A stretch of 64,000 nucleotides of DNA from Longimicrobiales bacterium (GTDB lineage Bacteria > Gemmatimonadota > Gemmatimonadetes > Longimicrobiales > Gaopeijiaceae). A model generated the notes under the pieces. It was given only the letters and a program-made list of their open reading frames with translations. It did not search any database and was not told the origin of the DNA. This document shows, piece by piece, positions 39,727 through 50,400 of this stretch; within the stretch, counting starts at the first letter, position 1, and each line of letters opens with the position of its first letter. The stretch spans positions 1,760,001-1,824,000 of the forward strand of contig CBDBCF010000001.1 in assembly GCA_965202985.1 (NCBI GenBank), given 5' to 3'. The position numbers and the translations under genes were made by a program.

Positions 39727-42705
39727 ATGATCAAACCGCTTGTACGAACCTTCTCCCTGCTCGTCGGGGCCGCGCTGGCCCTGTCGCCGGAGGTCGGAGC
39801 CCAAGACGCCGGCACGGTTACGGGCGCGGTCACCGACGCCACCAGCCAGCGCACGCTGGGCTCGGTCCAGGTCCACCTGGTCGGCACCGGCTTGGGCACT
39901 CTGACCCGGGACAACGGCCGCTACGTCATCCTGAACGTGCCGGCCGGGACCTATACGCTCCGCGCCGAGCGCATCGGCTACGAAATGGCGGAGGCCGAGA
40001 TCACCGTGACCGGCGGCGGCACCGTCCAGCAGGACTTCGTCATCCAGGCGCAGGCCTTGGGCCTCGACGAGATCGTGGTGACGGGGACCGCCGGGGCCGC
40101 GCGACGCCGCGAGATCGGCAATACCGTCTCGCAGCTGAACGTGGCCCAGGACGTGGTCGAGCCGCCCACCAACGTGGACGCCCTGCTTCAGGCGCGAGTG
40201 CCGGGCATGTCGATCACGCAGAGTTCGGCCAGCTCGGGAGGCGGCGCCATGATCCGCCTGCGCGGCAACGTGTCGATGACCCAGTCGAACCAGCCGCTCA
40301 TCTACGTGGACGGGGTTCGCGTGCGCAGCGAGGGCTTCGCCAAGAACGTGCCTCCGGTCGGGTACTCGGGCCGCAGCAACAACGACGTGTCCAGCCCGCT
40401 CAACAGCATCAACCCGCAGGACATCGAGCGCGTCGAGGTCATCAAGGGCGCGGCGGCCACCACCCTCTACGGCACGGAAGCGTCGGCGGGCGTCATCCAG
40501 ATCTTCACCAAGCGGGGCAACGTGGGCCAAGCCCGCTGGACCGGCCAGGTCGAGCAGGGCGTGTCGCGCAACCTGACCTTCGGCCCCGACCCGTCGGTTC
40601 GCCCGCCCTCGGAGAACCCGACCTCGCTTTCGGGCGGCCGCTCGGACTTCCTGTTCATCAACCCGTGGCTGCGGGGCCACAAGCCGATGTGCGACGACGC
40701 CGTCGTGGTGGAGGGCCAGCCCTGCGACAGCGGCCTGTTCAGCGACATGGGCGCCCATCAGCAGAAGTACGCCTTGAACGTGGGCGGCGGCGCGGAGAAC
40801 GTGCAGTACTTCGTGTCCGGTTCCTACGAAAACGACGACGGCGTGCTGCCGAACGACAACGAGAAAAAGGTCATCCTCCGGGGCAACTTCACCTTCAGCC
40901 CGCTGGAAACCCTTCAGCTTCAGTGGAACACGTCGTACACCAACGACCAGCTGTCCCACACGGCCGCCGGCAACAACGCCCACGGAATGACGCTCAACAC
41001 CTTCCGTCGGGACCGGAACTACCTGAACGACGAGTCCTTCAACGCCATCGACCCCTTCCTGAACCAGGAGATCACGACGCAGATCGACCACGTGATCACG
41101 GGGCTGACGGCCACGTACTCGCCGCTGGCCAACTTCAGCAACCGACTCGCCGTAGGGTACGACTTGGCGCAGCAGGACAACCGCAACCTGCGGCCCTTCG
41201 GCTTCATCCGGGCGCCCAGAGGCATCCTGGCCACTTCGCGCCACGAGTTCAACACGCTGACCGTGGACTACGTGGGCTCGCTGGACTTCCAGCTCACCAG
41301 CGACATCCGCTCGGCGCTCTCGTTCGGCGGTCAGAGCGTGACCACGCGCACCGAGCAGACGATCGCCTACGGGGAGAACTTCCCCGGGCCCGGCGAACCC
41401 GACGTGGACAACGGCGGCAACACGCAGGGCTTCGAGAGCCGAGAGCGGGTGGTCAACGCCGGCTTCTTCGTCCAGAACATCTTCGACCTGTACAACAAGT
41501 ACTTCATTACGGCCGGGCTTCGCGTGGACGGAAACTCGGCGTTCGGCGCCGACTTCGGTCTGCAGGCCTACCCCAAGGTGTCGGGCTCCTACGTCGTCTC
41601 CGACGAGGACTTCTGGAGCGACGGCTGGGGCACCATGAAGCTTCGGGCGGCCTGGGGCCAGGCGGGCCGAGCGCCCGGCGCCTTCGACGCGGTTCGGACC
41701 TTCGCCGCCGCGGGCTGGGGCCCCGAGCCGGCGTTCCTGCCCAACAACGTGGGCAACCCCAACATCGGCCCCGAGACCACGTCGGAGCTCGAGTTCGGCG
41801 TGGAAGGGTCGTTCATCGACGACAGGCTGGGCGTGGACGCGACGTACTTCATGCAAACCACGTCGGACGCCCTCTTCAGCGTTCGCCAAGTCCCGTCTCT
41901 GGGCTTCACCACCTCGCAGCTGGCCAACGTCGGCGAACTCACCAACAACGGCGTGGAGCTCGGGCTCAACTACTCCGTGGTGCGAAACGACACCTGGACG
42001 TGGGATGTGGGCGCCAACCTGTCCCTGACGGACTCGGAGATCATCTCCTTGAGCGGCAACCCGGAGTTCAGCATCGGCGGCTTCGGCTGGGTGATCGAGG
42101 GCCATCCTGCGCCGGTGGTCCGCTCCGACCGCGTGAGCAACCCGGACGAGCGCGCCCGTCCGATCATCGTGCAGGACAGCGTGCACGGTCCCAACCAGCC
42201 CACCACGATCGCCGGGTTCAGCACTACGGTGGGGTTCCCCAAGGGGATCCTGGTCACGGCGCGGGGCGAGTACCAGGGCGGCGCCTTCATGTACAACGGC
42301 GCCCAGGCGGCGGCGACGCGCCGGTCGGTGCGGTGGGCCGGTTGCTTCGAGGCGTACAATACGTGGGAGACCCAGGGCTACGAGGCGCTGACCGCCGAGG
42401 AGCGGTCCCGGTGCGACGTGAACCTGTACCAGTCCGACTTCGCCGTGCAGCCTTCCGATTTCTTCAAGATCCGGGAGGTGAGCGTGCAGGCGCCGTTGCC
42501 CGAAGCCTGGGCGAGCCGAATGGGAGCGTCGCGGGCCAGCTTCACGCTTTCCGGCCGGAACTTCTTCCGCTGGGTCAGCCCGCTCATGCGGACGCTTGAC
42601 CCCGAAGTCGGCGGCAACGTGGGCTACAACACGCGCGTGCGCAGCATGCTGGAGCATGTGCCGCCGCCGGCGTTCTACACCGTTTCCTTCCAAGTCGTCT
42701 TCTAG
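39727..42705 (+). CDS. SusC/RagA-type TonB-dependent receptor
   Basis: AGGAG RBS; LDEIVVTG, PLIYVDGV, DIERVEVIKGAAATTLYG..GVIQIFTK; terminal Phe. Confidence 0.95.
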   Translation: MIKPLVRTFSLLVGAALALSPEVGAQDAGTVTGAVTDATSQRTLGSVQVHLVGTGLGTLTRDNGRYVILNVPAGTYTLRAERIGYEMAEAEITVTGGGTVQQDFVIQAQALGLDEIVVTGTAGAARRREIGNTVSQLNVAQDVVEPPTNVDALLQARVPGMSITQSSASSGGGAMIRLRGNVSMTQSNQPLIYVDGVRVRSEGFAKNVPPVGYSGRSNNDVSSPLNSINPQDIERVEVIKGAAATTLYGTEASAGVIQIFTKRGNVGQARWTGQVEQGVSRNLTFGPDPSVRPPSENPTSLSGGRSDFLFINPWLRGHKPMCDDAVVVEGQPCDSGLFSDMGAHQQKYALNVGGGAENVQYFVSGSYENDDGVLPNDNEKKVILRGNFTFSPLETLQLQWNTSYTNDQLSHTAAGNNAHGMTLNTFRRDRNYLNDESFNAIDPFLNQEITTQIDHVITGLTATYSPLANFSNRLAVGYDLAQQDNRNLRPFGFIRAPRGILATSRHEFNTLTVDYVGSLDFQLTSDIRSALSFGGQSVTTRTEQTIAYGENFPGPGEPDVDNGGNTQGFESRERVVNAGFFVQNIFDLYNKYFITAGLRVDGNSAFGADFGLQAYPKVSGSYVVSDEDFWSDGWGTMKLRAAWGQAGRAPGAFDAVRTFAAAGWGPEPAFLPNNVGNPNIGPETTSELEFGVEGSFIDDRLGVDATYFMQTTSDALFSVRQVPSLGFTTSQLANVGELTNNGVELGLNYSVVRNDTWTWDVGANLSLTDSEIISLSGNPEFSIGGFGWVIEGHPAPVVRSDRVSNPDERARPIIVQDSVHGPNQPTTIAGFSTTVGFPKGILVTARGEYQGGAFMYNGAQAAATRRSVRWAGCFEAYNTWETQGYEALTAEERSRCDVNLYQSDFAVQPSDFFKIREVSVQAPLPEAWASRMGASRASFTLSGRNFFRWVSPLMRTLDPEVGGNVGYNTRVRSMLEHVPPPAFYTVSFQVVF

Positions 42706-42720
42706 AGGAGGGTGACGCGA

Positions 42721-44034
42721 ATGAAAGGCACAACGATGATGAAGACAACGTTCTTCCGACTCCGGGGCGCGGCGGCCGTCGCCGCTCTCTCGGGCACGCT
42801 CTTTGCGGCGTGCGACACCGACGTCGTTAACCCCGGCCGAGTCCAGGAAGTCTTCCTGTTCGAGACCGAGGCCCAAAGCGCGATCGTCCACGGGATCGGG
42901 CGGGCCGTCGCCGAGGCCCAGAACTGGGTCGGATACACGGGCGCGGCGGTCACGCGCGAAATCCACCCCTCCGGCTCCACGGGAAGCTTCGGCATCCAGG
43001 TGGAGTGGCAGAACGGCTTCCTCGAACACGAGACGATCAACACGCACTGGAATCTGTCCCAGCGCGCCCGTTGGTGGGGCAACGACGGAATCGCCAAGAT
43101 CAACGAGACGGGCGCCGAAGATCAGGCGCTGCTGGCGGAGGCGCACTTGTGGGCGGGGTACGCCCATCGGCTCATGGGCGAGAACTTCTGCCTGTCCGTG
43201 ATCGACGGCGGCTCCGCCGGCCCGCGAAGCGCCTACTTGGACGGCGCCATGAGCCACTTCGACCAAGCCGCCTCCATCGGCTCGGGCGACTTGGCCATGG
43301 CGGCCCGGGCCGCGCGCGCCGCCGTGAAGGCGTTCAACGGCGACTGGGCGGGCGCCGCGTCCGACGCGGCGGGGGTGCCCGACGACTTCGTGTGGCACCT
43401 GCCGTACTACTCGGACAGGGACGACCCGACCAAGAATCGAATCCAGTGGGCCAGCCAGGCCGAACCCTACAAGGCTCATACGCAGAAGTACACCAAGTAC
43501 GAGGAGATGGGCCTGAGCGAGAACAACCCGGACGGCGACCCCCGGGTGCCCTTCCGCATAACCGAGGAGACCGGCGATGCGGCCGTCCAGTGTTGCGGGC
43601 GGGTGCCGTGGTGGCCGCAGGACAAGTACACCGAGCCGGGCGCCGACATCCCCATGTCCAAGGGCGCCGAGATGCGCATGATCGAGGCCGAAGCAATGCT
43701 GACCGGCGGCGACTGGCAGGGGGCCCTGGCCAAGATCAACGAGGTGCGCGCGGCGGCCGGGGCGCGACTGTGGCGGGACGACGAGGTGGACAGTGCCGCC
43801 GACGCATGGGCCGTGCTCAAGCACGAGCGGGGCGTGGTTACGTGGCTGGAGGGTCGTCGTCTGGGGGACTTCTTCCGCTGGAACCGGGACAACACGCCCG
43901 GCCTCCTGCATGACCTGGAAATAGTGACGGGCGGACAGGAGGTGGGCTCCCACTTGGTCACGCAGGACCTGTGCTTCCCAATCGCGCGCAGCGAGGTGGA
44001 CACAAACGACAACATCAGCGGTCCCACGGGCTGA
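42721..44034 (+). CDS. SusD/RagB-type outer-membrane lipoprotein
   Basis: Follows the susC-like gene; lipobox FAAC; MIEAEA, INEVR, LEGRRLGD, FPIARSE. Confidence 0.9.
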   Translation: MKGTTMMKTTFFRLRGAAAVAALSGTLFAACDTDVVNPGRVQEVFLFETEAQSAIVHGIGRAVAEAQNWVGYTGAAVTREIHPSGSTGSFGIQVEWQNGFLEHETINTHWNLSQRARWWGNDGIAKINETGAEDQALLAEAHLWAGYAHRLMGENFCLSVIDGGSAGPRSAYLDGAMSHFDQAASIGSGDLAMAARAARAAVKAFNGDWAGAASDAAGVPDDFVWHLPYYSDRDDPTKNRIQWASQAEPYKAHTQKYTKYEEMGLSENNPDGDPRVPFRITEETGDAAVQCCGRVPWWPQDKYTEPGADIPMSKGAEMRMIEAEAMLTGGDWQGALAKINEVRAAAGARLWRDDEVDSAADAWAVLKHERGVVTWLEGRRLGDFFRWNRDNTPGLLHDLEIVTGGQEVGSHLVTQDLCFPIARSEVDTNDNISGPTG

Positions 44035-44080
44035 CCGGCGGCGTGGCGTGGGGGTTGTTTGCCCCCGAGTCCGCAGTTCA

Positions 44081-44117
44081 CGAGCCCGGACCGACCGGAA
44101 ACGGCGGTCCGGGCTCG
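44081..44117 (+). terminator. Strong hairpin downstream of the susD-like gene
   Basis: 13-bp stem cgagcccggaccg / cggtccgggctcg; weak U-tail. Confidence 0.5.
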
Positions 44118-44170
44118 GTTCGCTGGGGGGTTGCCCCCCTTGCGTTTCCGGTGTTTTGAGGCAGTTGCCC

Positions 44171-44200
44171 TTGCTTGTGGTCGCACGCCAAGGGTAAGAT
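44171..44200 (+). promoter_or_regulatory. Candidate sigma70 promoter for the giant gene
   Basis: TTGCTT-N18-TAAGAT in the intergenic region. Confidence 0.4.
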
Positions 44201-44393
44201 GGACGACTGGCTATAAGTCCCGGTGCGTTCTCCTTGCGGCCAGATCCGGTACGCAGGGCGTCGTGCCAACTAACCCGATTCCCCTCGGATCATCGTGTGC
44301 TCCTTGATCGGCGACCCCCCTTCCGTTCGGCCTAGCACGTGCGTCACGGTTCGGTGCGGCTTGGACGCAACGACCGAGCGGCGGGACCAAACT

Positions 44394-44405
44394 GGGGGGG
44401 GGGGG
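44394..44405 (+). repeat. G12 homopolymer tract
   Basis: 12 consecutive G ending 44 bp before the giant ORF's GTG. Confidence 0.95.
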
Positions 44406-44449
44406 CTTGCGGGCGACGTGAGTCGTCCCGTCTCGTCGCGAATCCAGCC

Positions 44450-47400
44450 GTGAGCCGGCGAGGACGGTTCTCCGCGATCGTGGCGCTTGCCGCGTCGGCG
44501 TCCGCCCTGGCAGGCCCCGTCGCTGCTCAGGCGCCTGCGGCGCCGACCGGGTTCTGGGCCCACCAAGCCACCACCTCGTCGATCGATCTGGGCTGGGACA
44601 ACCCGGGCAACGCGGCGATCACCAGGTACCAGTACCGCTACGCCTTTTACAGATCCAATCTCCCCAATCAATGGACGGACGTCGCAAACAGCGACAGCAG
44701 CACGACTTCGGCCACGGTCGGAGGCTTGAGCAGCCCCAGGCGGTACCAATTCGAAATCAGGGCCTGCGCCGGCGCCGCATGCGGCGGGGCGAGCAGGACG
44801 AGAGTCAGTACGGCCAACGTGCCGATCAGCGGCGTTTCGATCACGAGTTCGCCGACGGGCGACACGTACGCCGCTGGCGAGACGATTGTGGTAGCGGTCA
44901 CGTGGACCAACAGCGTCCGCTACGCTCGTGGAGCCCATCCGTACCTGGACATCACGATCGGCGGCGCCAGCCGACGGGCGTCATGGAACTACACCGTTCG
45001 TAATCAGCCCACTCATACGTTCCGCTACACCGCCCAAACGGCGGACGTGGACAGCGACGGGATCAGCATCGGTCCCAATGCGCTGAGCGACCTCGATCTC
45101 TTCTGGGCCTGGGGCGGCCACCCCACCATGACGATCGGCAAGCACCGCATCGTCGACGCCGCCGGGCACAAGGTCAACGGCGCGCTGGCCGCCCCGGCCG
45201 CCCCCGCCGGGCTGGCCGCGACGGCGGCGCCGGGCCAAGCGACGCTGACGTGGACCGACCCCGGGAACTCCACCATCGGCAGCTACGAGGTTCGCCACGC
45301 CCTGGACACGGCCAGCTACCCGTCGAGCTGGACGACGATCGCGGGCAGCGACGCCACCACCACCCGCCACGTGGTCCGTCCGCTGACGAACGACAGCAAG
45401 TACAAGTTCCAGCTCCGGGCCAGGAACGGCGCCGGGGCCGGCTCGACGAGCGAAGCCAAGGCGACGCCGACCACCCTTCCGCTGGTGTCGGCAGTGCGCT
45501 TCGTCGGCACGCCTCTTGCGGGCGACACCTACGGCGCCGGCGAGGTCGTCCAACTGGAGGTGCAGTTCAGCGCGCCCATCGCGTTGACCGGTGCGCCTCG
45601 GCTGGCGCTGGCGGTCGGCAGCGCCGTGCGCCACGCGGCCTACGAGAGCGTCGGGGCGAACAGCATCCGCTTTCGGTACGTCGTGCAGGCGGGGGATTCG
45701 GACTTGGACGGGATCGGCGTCGCCGCCAACGCGCTCGCGCTCAACGGCGGGACGATCAAGGAGGTCGGCGGAACGCGGAATGCCGGGCTCGGCCTGGGGG
45801 CCGCCGCCTTCTCGGCCAACGCGAGCCACAAGGTGAACGGCGCTTCGGCGACCGCGCCGAGCGTGAGCGGCGTGCGCATCACCAGCGCTCCTTCGTTGAG
45901 TGCCCAAGTGTACGGGGGCGGCGAGCTGATCGAGGTGGAGGTCGAGTTCGCCGCCGCGGTTCCGATCCGGGTCGTCGGAAGTCCCCGGCTGCAGATCGCT
46001 TTCGGCGGGGGGCCCGCGTTCGCGACGTTGCGCAGAACGTCCGGCCGGTCGCTGCACTTCGGGTACGTGGTGACCAGCGGCGATCTCGACCCCGACGGGA
46101 TCAGCATCAGGACGACCGCCCTGCAGCTGAACGGCGGGACGATTCGGAGCACGGCCGGCGCCGCCGCGAACCTGGACCTGGGAAGCCACGCCATCTCCAA
46201 TGCGTCGGGCCACCGGGTGATCGGGACGACCACCACCACGCCCACCGTGAGTTCGGTGGCGGTCGTCGGCGCGCCGGCGAGCGGAGACACCTACGGCGCC
46301 GGCGAGGCGGTTCGCGTGGAAGTCGGGTTCACGGTGCCGGTGACGGTCACCGGGAGCCCCACCGTCTCCTTGAGGGTTGGTTCGCTGGCCAAGACGGCCG
46401 CATATCAGAGCGGGAGCGGCGGCAAGAAGCTGACCTTCCGCTACGTCGTGCGGTCGGCGGACAGGGACGCGGACGGCGTCTCAGTGTTCGCCATGGCGCT
46501 CAACTCCGGCACGATCCGGAGCGCGGCCGGGGCGAACGCCACCTTGGCGCTGGGCGCGCACGCGGTCACCAACGCCTCGGGCCACAAGGTGAACGGCAGC
46601 ACGGCGACGGTTCCCGCGGTGCGCGCGGCGTCGATTGCGAGCGCGCCGGCCAGCGGGGACACCTACGGCGCGGGCGACACGATCTCGGTGCAGATCGGCT
46701 TCACCACGCCGGTGAGCGTGACGGGCACGCCCCGCGTGGCGCTGGGAATTGGCGAGAGGACCCAGTACGCCGAGTACGCCAGCGGAAGCGGGACCAGCAC
46801 GCTGACGTTCAGCTACGTTGCGCGGGCGACGGACCGGGATCGCGACGGGATCAGCGTCGGGTCCGGCGCGCTGACGCTCAACGGCGGGTCGATCGTCAGC
46901 GAGTCGGCCCAGAACGCCACGCTCGCCCTGGGCACGCACGCGCTCAGGGCCGCCTCGGGCCACAAGGTGGACGGGAGCAGGACGATGCCTGCGGTGACCA
47001 ACGTACTCGTCACGAGCAGGCCGGACAGCGGGGACACCTACGCGGCGGCCGAGACGATCTCGGTGCAGGTGTCGTTCGGGTTCGCCGTGACGGTCACGGG
47101 CACGCCCCGGCTGGCCCTGACGATCGGGAGCGCTACCCGCCACGCGGCCTACGCGAGCGGGAACGGAACGAGCGCGTTGACGTTCAGCTACGAGACCTCG
47201 GCGACGGACTTGGACGCGGACGGGATCAGCGTGGGCGCGAACGCGCTGGCGCTGAACGGCGGAAGCATCCGGAGCGGGACGGGCGCCGCCGCGACGCTGG
47301 GGCTGGGAAGCCACGCATTCTCCAACGTGCCCGCCCACAAGGTAAACGGGACCAGGACGGTGCCGGCGGTCGCCTCCGTCGCGATCGCGAGCAGCCCGGC

Positions 47401-50400
47401 GAGCGACAGCACCTACGGGGCGGGAGAGACGATCTCGGTGCAGGTCGCGTTCAATCTGGCGGTGACGGTGACGGGCGCCCCTCGGCTGGCCCTGACCGTC
47501 GGGAGCGCCACGCGCTACGCGGCCTACGCGAGCGGAAGCGGCGCCAAGACGCTCACCTTCAGCTACGAGACGGTGGCCGGCGACCGGGACAACGACGGGA
47601 TCAGCATCGCGGCCGGCGCGCTGGGGCTGAACGGCGGTACGATCCGGAGCACGGGGGGCGCGACCGCCGCACTGGCCTTGGGCACGCACGCGATCTCGAA
47701 CTCGGCGGCGCACAAGGTGAACGGGAGCACGACGGCGCCGACGGTGGCGTCCGTGACGATCTCCAGCACGCCGAGAGGGGGCACGTACGCGCTGGGTACC
47801 ACGATCTCCGTGCAGGTCGGCTTCAGCATCGCCGTGACCGTAACCGGGACGCCTCGGTTGGCGCTGACGATCGGGAGCGCCACGCGACAGGCCTCGTACG
47901 CAAGCGGGAGCGGGACGAAGACGCTCACCTTCAGCTACACGGTGGTGGCGGCGGACAGGGACGGCAACGGGATCAGCGTCGGAGCGACCGCGCTGGGGCT
48001 CAACGGCGGCACGATCCGGAGCGCCACGGCAACCAACGCCACGCTGGGCCTGGGTGCCCACGCGGTCTCCGACGCCTCGGACCACGCGGTCGACGGCAGC
48101 ACGGTGGCGGCGGCACCCAGCGGGCTGACCGCCACGCCGACGAGCTCCACCCAGATCCGCTTGGACTGGAGAGACCCCGCCAACAGCCGAATTACGAAGT
48201 ATCAGTTTCGCTACCGGCAGACGCCCAATGGCAGGTTCAACAGTTGGGCGGACGTTCCTTCCAGCAATGCGAGGACGACCTCCCATACCGTTGGCGTAAC
48301 TGAAACGCGGCATCGCTACGCGATCGAGCTGCGAGCCGCGGTCGGTACCGTGGCGGGGAGCGCGGCTTCCGCAACGGCGAGCGTGTTCAACGCCTACATC
48401 AGCCGAATCGAGATTACAAGCAGGCCGGGGACCGGGAACAGCTACAGTACTGGAGAGACAATAACGGCGAGGTTCCATGTCGCTGGCGGATGGGACATCG
48501 ACGTGACTGGCGACTGGGGACCCAGTTTAAGCTGGCAAATCGGCAGCACGACGCGTACACCTACGGGTCGGAACAATGGCCTAAGGGTGTATCAAGCGCA
48601 AAGTGAAGCCTATTTCGACTACAGTTACACAGTCGCGGCAGGCGACCATGATCCGGACGGCATCAGCATCGGACCGAACGCGTTGGATTACGGCTTCTGG
48701 AATCCTAGATGGCGCCAATTCCAACACGGGATCGAGGTCTATCAACCGTCCCGCAGCCTCATTTCGCCGACCATCGGGAACAATCAGATCTTCAACGCCC
48801 CCGCTCACAAGGTAAACGCTTCTGCCACGGTTGGGGGCTCGGTTCCCGCGGCGCCCACGGGATTGACCGCGACTCCGGGCAATGCGCAAGCAACCTTGAA
48901 CTGGACCGATCCGCAGGACTCCACGATCGTCGGCTACCAAGTCCGGCACGGGCCGGCGGCTGGTTCGTACTCGGGCTGGACCGACATCTCGGGAAGCAGC
49001 GCGACCACGACCAGCTACACGGCGGGGTCGCTGACCAACGGCGCCGCGTACAAGTTCCAGGTGCGAGCGGCGAACGCCAACGGGACCGGCTCGGAGAGCT
49101 CCGAAGTCAGGGCGACGCCGGTCGCCGTCACGGTCGTCAGCGGCGTGCGCTTCGCCAACGGGCCGCGCACCGGCGACACCTACGGGGCGGGAGAGGTCGT
49201 TCGGGTCGAAGTGGACTTCAGCGACTCGGTCGCCGTGACCGGCGAACCGCTGCTGGAGCTGACGATCGGGGACAGCGTCAAGCAAGCATTTGGCGTACGC
49301 CTGCCCTCTCGGCCCAATACGATCCACTTCCGCTACACGGTGGAGACGGCCGACGTGGACGCCGACGGAATCGGGATCGCCGCGGGCGCCCTGAAGCTGA
49401 ACGGCGGGACGATCATCGGCGTCAACAGCAGGGCGGCGCTGCTCGGCTTGGGGGCCTACGCGTACGCGGCCAACGCGAGCCACAAGGTGGACGGGAGCAC
49501 GGGCACCGTCCCGAACGTGGACCTGGTTCGGATCACCAGCACGCCCGTCAGCGGCGACGTTTACGGATCAGGCGAGCAGATCGAGGCCGAGGTGCGGTTC
49601 GGCGCCCTGGTGCCGATCCGAGTCGTGGGCGCGCCCCGGTTGGCGCTGGCGATCGGGGACTCGACCCGGCAGGCGACGCTGACCCGAACGGCGGGGCAGT
49701 CGCTGCACTTCCGCTACGCGGTGCGCTCCTCGGACTCGGACGCCGACGGGATCGGGATCGCCGCGGGCGCCCTGACGCTGAACGGCGGGACGATTCGGAA
49801 CACGGTCGGCACCAACGCGAGCCTGAACTTGGGCAGCCATGCGATCACCGCCGCCGCGACCCACAAGGTGACCGGCAGCAGCGCCACCGCGCCCGCCGTG
49901 ACGGGGGCCGCGGTCACCAGCACGCCCGTCAGCGCCGACACGTACGGAGCGGGCGAGAAGATCGGGGCGAGCGTCACCTTCAGGCTGCCGATCACCGTGA
50001 CCGGCAGCCCGCAGCTGGGGCTGACGATCGGGACGCAGACGCGCCAGGCCACGTACCTGCGGACGGCGGGCCGGACGCTCCACTTCGAGTATGCCGTGCA
50101 GGCGGCCGACCGGGACGCCAACGGGATCGGGATCGGCGCAAGCGCGCTGACGCTCAACGGCGGCACGATCCGGAGCGTCGCGGGGGCGGCGGCGACGCTG
50201 GGGCTGGGCAGCCATGCGCTATCGGACGCGTCCGGCCACAAGGTGAACGGCGCCGTCGCCCCGAACCCGTTCGTGAGCGCCGTTCGGATTGCGAGTCGGC
50301 CGCTGGCGTCCGCGGACAGCTACGGAGGCGGGGAGCGGATTGAGGCGGATGTGGAGTTTGCGGCGGCGATCGCGATCCGGGTCAGCGGCAGTCCGCAGCT

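Noticed and set aside
38893..43953. 1686-aa minus-strand ORF
   Set aside because: Antisense shadow of the susC/susD-like genes
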